A stretch of DNA of 63,654 nt, counting the filler, from Pelomyxa schiedti (lineage: Eukaryota > Protista > Evosea): the NCBI GenBank assembly GCA_020536535.1. It is 15 parts of 15 records of this genome, joined end to end, with 100 filler letters (N's around TTAATTAATTAA, not from the genome) between each part and the next. Parts side by side here need not be neighbours in the genome. Positions count along the whole stretch, not along the records: positions 35,464 to 37,574 come from JAHLWZ010002130.1; positions 37,675 to 41,851 come from JAHLWZ010000532.1; positions 41,952 to 44,376 come from JAHLWZ010001994.1; positions 44,477 to 47,799 come from JAHLWZ010001768.1; 11 more parts are not named here. One strand, written 5' to 3'. Position numbers and translations under genes: made by a program. The notes under the pieces were generated by a model. It did no database searches, had not been told where the DNA came from, and saw nothing but the letters and a program-made list of their open reading frames with translations. Of the stretch, positions 35,873 to 47,163 are shown one piece after another (the first letter of the stretch is position 1; each line of letters begins with the position of its first letter).

Positions 35873-36918
35873 TTTCTTCGCGGTTGTTTTCGATTTTTTA
35901 TGATGGGGGGTTGCGACAGCTACGAAGGCGTCTTCCCAGGCAACAAACTGGATCACAAAGGGGCTGAGGTTTTGGGGGTGAAGCGTTTTACGGATCCAAC
36001 GGCAGCCGTGCAGGGTCAAGCACCCCTGTGCACAGGTTGGTCACACACCCAAGGGTTGAATTTCACTTGCAGTGTGCCCCAATACATTATGGGGGCTACT
36101 ACAACTGCAGGCGCTGGATCTTTACCAAAACGCGTTCCATATTTCCTTATTTTTTTTTTTTTTGCAGTGGTTGGTGCAACCCGTTCACTTGTTCTCTTGC
36201 TTTCTGGTTGAAAAGACGAACTTACCCTTGTGACCACATTGAAGTATCTTCAAACATCACATCACCGACACTTTCAATGAAAGAAGTCGGTGCCATCACA
36301 TTTTCCTTTTATATATTAAATTTGTCTTCACTTATTTTTACTCCTCCTTTGTTCCCTTTCGCTTTGTTTGTTTGTATTTTCCTTGTATTTATTGAATTAA
36401 TAGATGCTATCTGCTGCAGCGCTTAATAACCATTTAAAACGAAAATTCAGAAGCTAATAAAAATATGAAGGAAAACGAAATGAATAAACCAATTGAAAAT
36501 TGAAGTGAAAATAAGATTCTCGTGCTACGTAGATTTGAATTTGATCCAGTGATTTTTCCTGGAGCTTAAAATCTGGGTTTGTATTCCCGCGCCTTACAAG
36601 AGCGCTTGTTTGGTGTGTTGTGTGTATGATTCTCATGATTTCCATGCTAATGTCGTTGCAGAGTGCGTGCATGGCTGGCCAGTGCCGGAAATGACCGCTT
36701 CAGTGCTGAAAATATCCGGTTCTGTCCCGGCTGAGTATGGCATGCCATTCCACTCACATCACTGCACGCACTGTGGTGATTGATCCCAGGCCAGGCGCTC
36801 TGGACTGAGAAGATGAGGCAGAGAGCAATGAATGAGTGTTCTTGTTGTTGTTGTTCCCGCAATGCTTGCCCAAGCGTTGTTTCTTGTTGCATCATCAATC
36901 CATTTCATCATCACCGTC

Positions 36919-37574
36919 ATGGCAGCCGCAACCAACGAACGAGTGGGTGCTGCGACCATGGTTGTCGACGACACGTCAGCGGTGCCTGGTGGCCCAACAT
37001 ACACTGGTCGGGTGGTCGATGGCAAACGCGACGGCAGGGGCACCCTAAAATGGCCAAGCTGCGCCACGTACGACGGTGTGTGGCTCAACGGAGACAGGAT
37101 GGGCCGAGGGGCGTACAAGTGGCACGATGGCGCCACCCACGAGGGAGAGTGGCTCAACAGCAAGAGGGATGGATGGGGTGTGAAACACAACGCTGATGGC
37201 GGGTGGTATGAAGGGCTGTGGAGGGACGACCACTGGAAAAGGGGAACGTGGCACCACAGCAACGGTGTGGATGTTGTGGGATGGCGAGTGGGTGTGGAAC
37301 GCAACCGCAAATTGTCATGAGATGCAGGGGTGGGGTGTGCAAAGGAGGACGACAACCAAGGGGGGGGGCCACAGGAGCAATGGCGATGGTGTATGAGGGT
37401 GAGTGGGACAGTGACAACCTGATGGCTCGGGTGACATCTACCATGGTCAATTTGATCACGGAATGAAATGTGGAACAGGGAGTATCCTGTTTGGTGGTGG
37501 TGGTGACTATGGAGGCAACAACAACAGCAACAGCAACCCAGAAGGAGGTGGTGGGAGTTATGTTGGTGAGTGGA
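36919..37574 (+). pseudogene. MORN-repeat protein, frameshifted
   Basis: YTGRVVDGKRDGRG, YDGVWLNGDRMGRG, HEGEWLNSKRDGWG and YEGLW. The repeat continues in other frames after about 37280 (DGEWVW..MQGWG..YEGEW) and about 37420 (YHGQFDHGMKCGTG). Assembly error cannot be excluded. Confidence 0.7.
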
Positions 37575-37674
37575 NNNNNNNNNNNNNNNNNNNNNNNNNN
37601 NNNNNNNNNNNNNNNNNNTTAATTAATTAANNNNNNNNNNNNNNNNNNNNNNNNNNNNNNNNNNNNNNNNNNNN

Positions 37675-39781
37675 CGTGGAATCTGTCTTGTTCAAAGGCT
37701 GTGAAGCTGTATCTTCCTCATTCTGCTCATTAGGTATCTTATCTTCCGTGGCTGGGGTCTCTCATGTCCTCCCAGAGTTTCGCTATGTGCACCAATGATG
37801 GCACCTTGATGTTGAAGTCTTGTGTCAAAAGCAGACATAGTTTTCTCTTGTCTCTGTATGTATTCTGTCCATGTTTTACTGTTATCGTTAACAGTTTTCT
37901 GAAGGTTAGTGATTTGCTCTGACTGTGCTGTTACCATTTCACACACACTCTTGAGCTGTTTGTGTATCATGGTAATTTCATCTGTTGGGGCTGAGCTCAC
38001 CAAGCTTGCAGACATGGAAGTACCACCTGTATTATCCCCCATATCACATGATTGATTGGTTGGATCTGTAGTAGGTTGTTTATGTCCTGAATTGGATCTT
38101 TGTCTTCCTTTCTGTGAGGCATAGTCTTGAAATGGTGAGTGTGCTCTTATCTTACAAAGATGTAATGACAGGAGTATTTAGCCTTGTACCAAACTTGGCA
38201 CCTCCACCATACACTACACAACACTTGTAATAGTGAAGAAGCTTTTCCTTCACAAGACTTCAACATCAAGGTGCCATCATTGGCGCACATGGCGAAACTC
38301 TGGGAGGACATGAGAGACCCCAGCCACGGAAGATAAGATACCTAATGAGCAGAATGAGGAAGATACAGCTTCACAGCCTTTGAACAAGACAGATTCCACG
38401 GCTGTGCCATCTGTTAGAACCAATGTTCAAGACAAGTATTCCCACATACCACTTTCATCAACCATTCAGGTTATGGTCCACACAGGCAATGATTAGTATT
38501 TGTTGGAGTTTACTGGAAACTATGGAATCATATTTCCAGGAAGAACATTTGTCAGACCAAAATATTGATGATGCTTTTGATGAACTTGAAAAACTAACTG
38601 TACACCACAATGAAGGGCAACAGTTACCTCACCTGGCAAACATGAGACAAAGACATGGTGAGAAGATTGTATACTTTGGAAGTAAATTTCAGAAAGAAGC
38701 GGCGAGATTGAGAACTCCACTGGATGAAGACACAAGAGTGAAGATGTTTGTAAATGCATTGTATGGGAAGTATTACTGCACGGCAGTGACATGCCAAGCT
38801 ACAATGATTCCAACGTTGATCCGGACACTACAAGAGGTTGAGGATCATGACAAACAAATTCACTTGACATACAATGATCAGGGATATTGCCATCAGAACA
38901 ATCGCCATAACGAACACCATTCAAACCAGTCACGTGGAAGCACATCTCACCATTCTCCTTCAACTACCACCACTAGTACACCAACTAGCACTAGCACATC
39001 AGGAAGTCACCACTATCCACCAACCAAGCACACCACATTTGATTCATTGTCAAATACATCTCATTCTGGAAATAGTCACATCAAATGTCATAACTGTGGA
39101 GGATATGGTCACAAGTGGAGAGATTGTACTAAGCCTAGAGTATATGGATTAGAAGACAACGATGAAGAAGAGCAAACGGACGTGAATGCAAGCTCTGGTA
39201 GCGAGTCAGGTAGTGGTACAGGTTCTGCCAAAACTTGTAGCCTACATAACCGTGGAGGAAAGGCAATTCCTTCACATACAGCTGCTAACTCTGACGCCAA
39301 GGCAGGCACACACACATTTGGTAGCAAGTTGGGCACTTGGTTGTCCACTTTGATGGGAAAAGTCAATGATAAGCCTGTCACTATCATGATTGATTCATGC
39401 TCTACTATTTCTGTTATTAGCGAAGATGCATTGGAAAAGATTGCACCTGAGAAGCAAGTCACACAAATGCCAAGTATTGCAAAAGCTGAAGCTATCAACG
39501 ACACATTACTGGAATTCTGGGGACGAATCTATTTACCCATAGAAATCGGAAATGCAAAGCACATTGCAACTTTTACAGTGACCAGAGGACTGAAGGATAT
39601 AGTTCTACTGGGCTGTGATGCCACTACAACATACAAAGGAGACATCTTGCATTCTTGTAATTCGTTTAGATGGCAAGGTGGCAAGAATGTACATTTACTC
39701 ACGAAGAATGGAACCACAAAGAGGATAGTATCGGCCAACGATTTGGCAATCCCAGGCTGGACTACCATGAATGAAGATTGA
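37675..39781 (+). mobile_element. Ty3/Gypsy-like LTR retrotransposon gag-protease (rearranged; 5' gag segment inverted at 37692-38042)
   Basis: CCHC knuckle CHNCGGYGHKWRDC. Retropepsin IMIDSCSTISVIS...IVLLGCD. The coiled-coil gag N-terminus lies on the minus strand and shares about 150 bp with 38251-38400. Confidence 0.82.
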
Positions 39782-40716
39782 AGTCAATCTACTGTGTACC
39801 TGGCACTTTGTGCATGGGGGAGGGGAGAAGCCGCTCCCCCGGCGACGGGCCATCGGTGTGTGGTGTTGTTCTCCGATGTGGTGCCTCGTCGTAGTGCACC
39901 CCAAAAAAATGCTTGGTTTGTCGTTTCGACGTGGTCGTCATGGTGGTGATGGCGCGTGTTGGTCGTTTTTTGTGCACCGTTGTGCGTGTTGTGTTTTTTT
40001 TTTTCGTTTTTGTGTTTTGTGATGCTGCACAACAACAATGAGTGCCAACACCAAGGGAGTACACTCCCAACACATTCGTGCCTGAGTGCGCCACCGTCAT
40101 CGGGAATCGCGGTGTGATTGTTTTCGCGACTTTCAGCACAACCATTCTAGTAAATAAATACCCTCTTTATCTGCAAACAAATTTAAAATGTGTGTTGTGA
40201 GTGCGAACAAAAATGGTTGTGTGTGATTTGGTGGTTTTTGTGGCCAAATAATGGTCAAGAGTCATTGAGACATTGTTTGAATGCCAAAGATGTGGTCTTA
40301 CATCAGAACCATGCAATGTTCGTTGCAACCATATTTGGGCCTTGGGCAAATTGATTGTGGGGAGAGAAGACAAAAAACAAATGATTTTTTCGTTGGTAGT
40401 ACTTATGGGAGAAGGCATTGAGGCTGAAACAAGAGAAACCAAGGCCAGGGACGAGCAAGCACAACGCAGCAGCTGACCCAGATGCAAAGATGACAGCAGG
40501 GGATCAGCAGGGAAGCTGGTCCAGCTGGGGTTCAGCAGGCAGCTCCTCTACCTTCCTCCTCACCAACATATTCACAATCCAGAAATTCTTTCCAGAGCGG
40601 CGTTCTTATTTCAAGAAGGAGGTAAGGATTGTGAATACGTTGGTCTTCGGTTCATCTGGACTTGCTCAGTAGGATGCATCAGGATTGAGAGGAACAGACC
40701 TACAATCAGCAGGCAT

Positions 40717-40895
40717 GTGATGGTGACCGAAACTAAGCCGGGAACTTCCGCACTGAAGGAACAGCTAGTAGAGCAGATGAAGCTGGATCACCTCACTCAG
40801 GAAGAGCAGAAGAAGGTCCACAGCCTACTGCTCAGGAATCTGGATATACTGAGTGACGGGGTTACAACAGGGAGGACAAACCTGGTGAAGCATGA
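40717..40895 (+). mobile_element. Ty3/Gypsy pol fragment immediately preceding RT (truncated)
   Basis: LDHLTQEEQKKVHSLLLRNLDILS..GRTNLVKH is the typical Gypsy protease-RT linker. No YxDD motif follows. Confidence 0.65.
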
Positions 40896-41851
40896 CACCG
40901 CTCTTCTTGGCCTTCTTTGTGAGCTTTTTGTCCTTTTTGAGGTCTGGGTGCAGCTTTTCATCATCCTCAAGGTCACAGATCACCAGTGCGTCATTGCGGG
41001 GGTGGGTACAGTTACGGTATGTCAAAAGCGACTTGAGAGTGATCAGTACTCCAGCCTCATCATCGCCAGACTCCCCTTGATCAGGTGGCGCAAAAACATA
41101 GGTGAGACTACCATTGAGACCAGAGTATTTTCGGTAGTATTTTCTGATTCTTAGCATTTGGCTGCTGTCAGTTTCTCTGCCAAAAAGTGAGGGACTGGAG
41201 ATAAAAAGAATGTAATCAGTNNNNNNNNNNNNNNNNNNNNNNNNNNNNNNNNNNNNNNNNNNNNNNNNNNNNNNNNNNNNNNNNNNNNNNNNNNNNNNNN
41301 NNNNNNNNNNNNNNNNNNNNAACAACATAAGCAAAAGGTAAAAAGAAGTTGAGGACATTTACCTAACGAGACTAAAACGCAGTAGGGAAACAAACTGGCC
41401 AAGGAACAACAACTAACTCATTGTTGGGCCCAGGATTGTAGCGCGCGTCGAAGATTATCTTTGCTTTTTGCACACAAAGTACAAAGTTCCACACTGTTGG
41501 CTAGCGTGGTACATGAGTAAACTAACACAAAAAGAGAAAAAGAGTGATACCTGAGGCAGCTAAGCCTCCAGCCCGTATCATTAGAGGGGTAGTGATGTTG
41601 GTACAAAAAACATTGGCTGGAACCGGAGTATAATAAAAAACAGAGTTGAAAAAGCGATTTGCAGCTTCCTGAGTCAGTACTGGGAGATTTGCTTCATAGC
41701 AGGTTCGTAGGTAGTGAGCAAGTGGGAATTCCAAACGCCTGTGAGAATGTTAAATCAGATAACAAACAGGGATTACAAACCGATGATTTCCGTCAAAGAG
41801 CAGATACTGCTCGGCTGTTAGTGGCACCACATAAACAGGCAACAGATTTTC
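40893..41851 (-). CDS. Internal fragment of an unidentified spliced host gene
   Basis: Exon-like frames (FPLAHYLRTCYEANLP.., RKYSGLNGSLTYVFAPP..) separated by short GT-AG introns and a 100-N gap. Confidence 0.35.
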
Positions 41852-41951
41852 NNNNNNNNNNNNNNNNNNNNNNNNNNNNNNNNNNNNNNNNNNNNTTAAT
41901 TAATTAANNNNNNNNNNNNNNNNNNNNNNNNNNNNNNNNNNNNNNNNNNNN

Positions 41952-42389
41952 ACCACCGCAGGCCTTTTCGCCGGGCATTCTGGTCACCATCGACAGAGTG
42001 ATCCCCGAGGGGACAACCGCCGCCTCCTCCTTGGTGCATGGAGTTGTTTCCTCCGCCGTGCTACTACTACTACTACTACTAGTAGTAGTACCCGTTGCAT
42101 CGCCACCGCCGCCGCCGCCAACCAGACCCGGAGCCGCGATGATGGTGCCGTCGCTGGCGGTGATTGGGGTTGCATCGGCGGCCACGTAGGCAGCGATGGC
42201 GACGACGACGCTGTCCGGCAGATCCACGATCGTCACTGCCACTGTCGCTGGCACCACGTGGTCGTCCACACGACCGGGTTCGATGGCAAGGGCCGTCGTG
42301 GACGCCATCGGGAAGGTTTGTTCAGACAACAACGAAGGCTGTTGTTGGTTGCACAATGTAGGGTCAGTACTGCTATCGTCGTTGTGCAT
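41952..42389 (-). CDS. Hypothetical protein with F-box-like motif (5' part)
   Basis: TIVDLPDSVVVAIAAYV resembles the F-box L..LP.EI...I..YL pattern. The frame runs off the contig. Confidence 0.45.
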
Positions 42390-42519
42390 TTGTCTCTTCA
42401 AAAAAAATACCTGTTTCGAGAAAGGCCAAGATTGTGATGAAGTCTTCCAATAAGAAGCCACTTCTATTTCCAATGAATGGACCAGTGTATGCCCATACTT
42501 TCTACTGAATACAGTTGTT

Positions 42520-43815
42520 TTATAATCCCCAAAAATCAACATCATTTGGTACTGGAATTAAGATGTCACCAATGTGGAAACTGGTGGCAGCATCATGCAC
42601 TGCAAACTCAATCACATCAGTGGCCTTGGCATCCCTCACTTTTTGATGTGACGTTGAGGCAATGAGTCCTGTTGGAAGTGATGGAAGAATGCCTGCAGAT
42701 GCCCATAAGCATTTGATGCGAAGTGAAGGCGACGACAGATTTCTGGTGGAATACACCTGGAACTCAAAGCACGGCGAGTGACTGTTTATGAAGATGTGAT
42801 GTGCTCCGACAGTGTCTACTGTCTTGTACTGGGGTCCATTGTAAGTGCACCACAGTGATAGCGCCCCGATTTCATGGCCGCTTGTTGTATCTTTCAATGT
42901 AATGGAGTCCGCCAACACTCTGTGCAAGGTGCATGTGGAGCCATCGGGCATCCACAAGATACCCTGGGGTAATTGATCACACTCCACCCTTGATTTAATG
43001 ACAAGCCGGCTCTCACTGAAGCTGGCACCCAGGTCGATGAAATGCACACATCCCCTGTCAATTTGCACCTGCAGATGCGAGCTGAACGCCATCAGAACAT
43101 CATCGCACAGTGGTGAGAACTGCAATCTATCTACTTTAACACCCTGAAAACGGCGGTCCTCTGGCTCCTTCCCCCCGCAATCATCGTCGACTTTAACCTT
43201 ACAAACACAGAAGTCAGGAGGCTCAGGGGAACGAGTCATCAGTCCCACAATCCACCTGCCGTTGCACGCCATCACCAACGGACCCGTGCCTACCTCGCGA
43301 CCACTCTGTAGCCTGTCACACATACACACACCACCAGCCCCCCCGCTGTCCTTCACATCCACCACGAGGCATCGAAGGCTGCCGTTGCACACCAGGACTC
43401 TGCCCTCGCCGACGCAGCCGACCACGCTCGCGCTGTCGCCCTGCCGCGTGAACCACTGGGACGACACCAGCCCGAGCGTGGGCGACACGCTGACGCACAG
43501 GAAGTTGTCGATTATGGGCAGATCGAACACGGTGTTGGCCGTGGGCCTGAGCACCCAGTCGCGGGCCCACGCCCTCGTCACGGCAGGCGACTGCGCCCAC
43601 CGAATCAGCGACGACGACGGCGGCGATGGTGGCGGCGTCGTGGGTGTTGTTGGTGGACGCCTTTTTGCGACGACGGGGGCGCAGAGCAGGGCCAGGGCCT
43701 GTGCCTTGGCTGTGGTTGTGGTACTTGGGTCGAAGCGGTGGTGCTGTTGGTGGGGGATCTGTGGTGTTTGCTGTGGCTGGTGTGTTGGTTGCTCCGGTGA
43801 GTGGTTGTTCCCCAT
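42520..43815 (-). CDS. Lineage-expanded family protein (AKAQALALL..W.RDWV..VSPTLGLV) with beta-rich C-terminus, complete and intronless
   Basis: 431-aa ORF from MGNNHS. Family motif as at 35464-35872, followed by short beta-strand-like segments (CNGRWIV, VHFIDL). Confidence 0.72.
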   Translation of the reverse strand: MGNNHSPEQPTHQPQQTPQIPHQQHHRFDPSTTTTAKAQALALLCAPVVAKRRPPTTPTTPPPSPPSSSLIRWAQSPAVTRAWARDWVLRPTANTVFDLPIIDNFLCVSVSPTLGLVSSQWFTRQGDSASVVGCVGEGRVLVCNGSLRCLVVDVKDSGGAGGVCMCDRLQSGREVGTGPLVMACNGRWIVGLMTRSPEPPDFCVCKVKVDDDCGGKEPEDRRFQGVKVDRLQFSPLCDDVLMAFSSHLQVQIDRGCVHFIDLGASFSESRLVIKSRVECDQLPQGILWMPDGSTCTLHRVLADSITLKDTTSGHEIGALSLWCTYNGPQYKTVDTVGAHHIFINSHSPCFEFQVYSTRNLSSPSLRIKCLWASAGILPSLPTGLIASTSHQKVRDAKATDVIEFAVHDAATSFHIGDILIPVPNDVDFWGL

Positions 43816-44476
43816 TGTGGGATGGCCGATGGCACCGAATGAACGAAGAAAGTTTTTCTCTGTTTGTGTGATGCCTTTTCCTTTGGGGCACCAAACACAA
43901 AGGGAAAAAAAAATTTTAGTTTTGTTCAAAGAACACAAATACTGTGTCAGTCCTACATGGGTTGTGAGTTAGAATCTGTAAACTGGGCATGACAGAATCC
44001 ACTTGGTACCGTTCTGATACCTGGAGGTTGACTGAGTGAGAAAACACAGGGAGCCGCCACACACCTGGAATCCAACACTTTGAGCAACGGGTGTGTCATG
44101 TCATGTGTGTTGCGCTGTGTGTGTGTGTGATTCAGAGTTAAAACTGGTGAATAAGAAAGGCAGGATCACACACGCTTCCGTAATAACTCCGGCACGAGAA
44201 TTCCCGGTTCTTCTCACATGCTTCACACAAGTCATAGTCGTTGCACACCTTTGGTTCACTTCAGTCTTTTTCGTGTTTTTTGTGGTGGGATGTGTGGAGA
44301 CACACACCAAGCACTTCCAGTTGATTCCCTTGCATCTCCCCATGCATTTAGAGCCTTTCCCGTCACATGAGGCACCNNNNNNNNNNNNNNNNNNNNNNNN
44401 NNNNNNNNNNNNNNNNNNNNTTAATTAATTAANNNNNNNNNNNNNNNNNNNNNNNNNNNNNNNNNNNNNNNNNNNN

Positions 44477-45138
44477 GTTTCTCCATTCTGCTGTGCAACG
44501 CTTGGTGTAAATTGTTTGTGAAGACAGACAGCCTCTTTTCTTTGGATCCTTTTATTTGTGAATTATTCCCAATTATTTTATTTCTATGGATCCTATTGTA
44601 TCACCTGATCGTGGAGAGAACCCGTAGCCCTCCCTGTCATATGAGCACGAAGCAATGCCCTCTCTTTGCAGTGATTCCTGCACCAGGACAAACACATTGT
44701 GTCCCTGCATCAAGCCACCCTCCAAAATTACAAGGGGACCTCCCTCAGGGCCCACGCATTTCACGTGCAGTGCTTCACCAAAGTGTCCAGTACCTATCAC
44801 TTGGCCAGAGGGTTTCAGTTTGGAATCCACAAAGTGCCTCATAGCCAAATTAAACAGAGTAACAACCAGAAGAACCACTACCACACCCTATAAGCGTACG
44901 TCAGTAGGTTAAGGTTGTCAACTACTATGTAGCTAATAATGACATTTATTATAATCCCACTAATGGAATACTATACCTCCAAAGTGTAGTCCAGCGCGAC
45001 CCATAATCTCGACGTCGGCTCGTGGAGCTTTTTCTTGGGTTTTGACTTAGGAATCGTACTGCTAGAATTCGACGATGGCGACTTCGATGCAGGGGACTTG
45101 GCCTTTGTTGTGTTTGTGCGTCCTCTGCTCTTTTCCAT
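44477..45138 (-). CDS. Membrane-anchored alpha/beta hydrolase (5' part, spliced)
   Basis: N-terminal TM segments, then LHVKCVG..GPLVILEGG..CSYDREGYGFS, the typical abhydrolase_1 N-terminus. Confidence 0.78.
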
Positions 45139-45363
45139 TTTTTTGTTTTGAAAATCAATCAACATAATCAATAGACCCTAACTAGCGGGTGATGAGTTTG
45201 TTCTGGCTGGAAAGTCCCGGTTACACACAGCAGTGTAGTACAACAATAGGGAAGTAAGTAACCACAGTACTCTGCCTCAGGCTACAGCCCCAGTTTGTCG
45301 CAACAACGATCAGAAAACGGGTGCATGAACAAACACAACAATAAGGACACAACGACGGAGACT

Positions 45364-47163
45364 CTAGAAATCATTAAATTGCGGGGTCGTGGGCGTCGTC
45401 GTGGGCGGGGCGGGTAGCTGCCAGACAGGGCCGCAGTGGTCCCTCCAGTTCGGCTCCGCTAGTAGCCTGAGGGCCCAGTGATAGTGCAACATCTGCCGGC
45501 ACAGCTTCTCCCTGGCGTCAGAATGGTCGGCGAACTTGGTCCTGCCAGATGAGAACACGATGCCGTGTGCCGGGGGCTCGTCGCCGTTGGCGGCTTCCCC
45601 CTGCTGCTGCAGCATGCTATAGTATGGAGCGAGGGTCATGGCATCGTCCAGAGCATGTTCAAGAAAGTAGTGGAGTGCCGGTGGCAGGGTGAGCCTAAAG
45701 CGCGCGAATATGGTGAGCAGATTCATCCTCTCGGCTGAGTGCTCCAGCTGGACTTCTGTTGTGATCTCGTTGTATCGGTGGAATCGGTACGTGAACTTGG
45801 CGAAATCTAAGAGATATGCCACAATCTCCGAGAACGGCAGCTGCGTCACTGCGCCTCCACTGAGCTGTATGTTCTCAACTACGAAAGCGCTCAGGGGCTC
45901 GAACTGTTGCTCTCTCAGGGATTTCTGTATCTCACTGCACCCATCACACTCGAAATCTGGAACGTTGCAAATCAGGAGACTCTGCATTCCCGGCTTGTTT
46001 TCGCCACCCTTGGCATATCTGTTCACGATTTTCTTGAACCTTGAGGCCCAGTTCACTGCGGATTCTCTCAATTTCACGGCCGCTGCTGGTGCTTCTTTTG
46101 CAATGATGCCCACGATCTTCAGAATTGCAGATGTGATCTTATCAAAACAACAATGGTAGGGATCATGGATGAACATCTCCGGCTGCAGGGAATCCCAAGC
46201 CCTGATGCGCTTCCTGAACGGCCGGGATGTTGGCCATAACTTGAATGGGTCATTGAGCCACCTCCCCTTCCTGTCCTGACCACTGAAGCTGCACTTTACG
46301 CAAATTTGGTCGTCCTTTGAGCTGCTCGGTATTATTTCCTTCAAGTTACACATGGCCCTCAGTGTGTACCAGTCGGCAGACAAGAATACTCTCACCGGCA
46401 GAGGCTCACCCCTCTCCGTCACGAGTCCTTTATATTGCTCTGCCCACTTGATTGCAGTTTCCAGTTCACACTCCGTGGCCAGGAATCTCATGGCACCCAG
46501 GCTTGGATCATGTGTCAAGCCCAGAATCCCAATTGGGTGGAACCTGAAGCAGGAATTGCTTATTCCAGGCCCCCTTGCTGCCACACTAATTGCCCAATTA
46601 CACTTGTTGCCAAGAACATCCCGGCCATCTGCAAATAGAACCAGCGGCAGGAACTTCAAGGAGTAGTCGAATCCAAAGCTCACCTCCCTGAGCAAAATGT
46701 ATTCAAACACGAGTTTCGCGTTGACACAAGCTCCAACATCACCAGGGTTTCCCCAGGTCCCCGGCCCTGCAAATGAGTGTAGCCCATACAAGTCCTTGCA
46801 TGCCTCCAGGATAAGCTCGAACCCCTCGGCACCGCAATCTTTGAGTGAGTCACACAGCTTGTCAAGGGGGAGCTTCTGCTTTAGCTTCCATATCGTGGTT
46901 GCCCTGTACTCGCTCTGCATCTCTGCCAAACCCTTCTCCCTGCGTTCACCACTCCGCTTCCTCCCGCGCTTCTGCCTCGGGGGCAAAGCCACGTTTTGCC
47001 AGTCCGTAGCATCTCCTTCTCCATCCTCATCTTCATACACACGCTGTGCTGTGCTGCCGCTGCTCGGCGGGCGTTTTCTTGTTGCTGTACTCATTGCGGA
47101 TGCAGTGACCACACTCTCTGCACTGCCGCGTTTGCTGCCACCACTGCTGCTGTTCGCCCTCAT
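45364..47163 (-). CDS. RAG1/Transib-like DDE transposase/recombinase core, intact 599 aa
   Basis: Ordered motifs LFAD179G, SNSCFRFHPIGI, LSAD264W, IC288VKC291, HD334PYH337C, LH498YFLEH503, QQGE523AAN and AREKLCRQMLHYHW. These match the RAG1 landmarks D600, PNSELCCKPL, D708, C727/C730, DALH795C, H937/H942, E962 and ARQSK..VLKHHW. Comparison is by eye. Confidence 0.75.
   Translation of the reverse strand: MRANSSSGGSKRGSAESVVTASAMSTATRKRPPSSGSTAQRVYEDEDGEGDATDWQNVALPPRQKRGRKRSGERREKGLAEMQSEYRATTIWKLKQKLPLDKLCDSLKDCGAEGFELILEACKDLYGLHSFAGPGTWGNPGDVGACVNAKLVFEYILLREVSFGFDYSLKFLPLVLFADGRDVLGNKCNWAISVAARGPGISNSCFRFHPIGILGLTHDPSLGAMRFLATECELETAIKWAEQYKGLVTERGEPLPVRVFLSADWYTLRAMCNLKEIIPSSSKDDQICVKCSFSGQDRKGRWLNDPFKLWPTSRPFRKRIRAWDSLQPEMFIHDPYHCCFDKITSAILKIVGIIAKEAPAAAVKLRESAVNWASRFKKIVNRYAKGGENKPGMQSLLICNVPDFECDGCSEIQKSLREQQFEPLSAFVVENIQLSGGAVTQLPFSEIVAYLLDFAKFTYRFHRYNEITTEVQLEHSAERMNLLTIFARFRLTLPPALHYFLEHALDDAMTLAPYYSMLQQQGEAANGDEPPAHGIVFSSGRTKFADHSDAREKLCRQMLHYHWALRLLAEPNWRDHCGPVWQLPAPPTTTPTTPQFNDF

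Noticed and set aside
42520-43815. Beta-rich ORF as a RAG2-like partner of the RAG1-like gene
   Set aside because: It is on a different contig (linker at 44377-44476), lacks kelch GG motifs and a PHD finger, and belongs to a separate expanded family.
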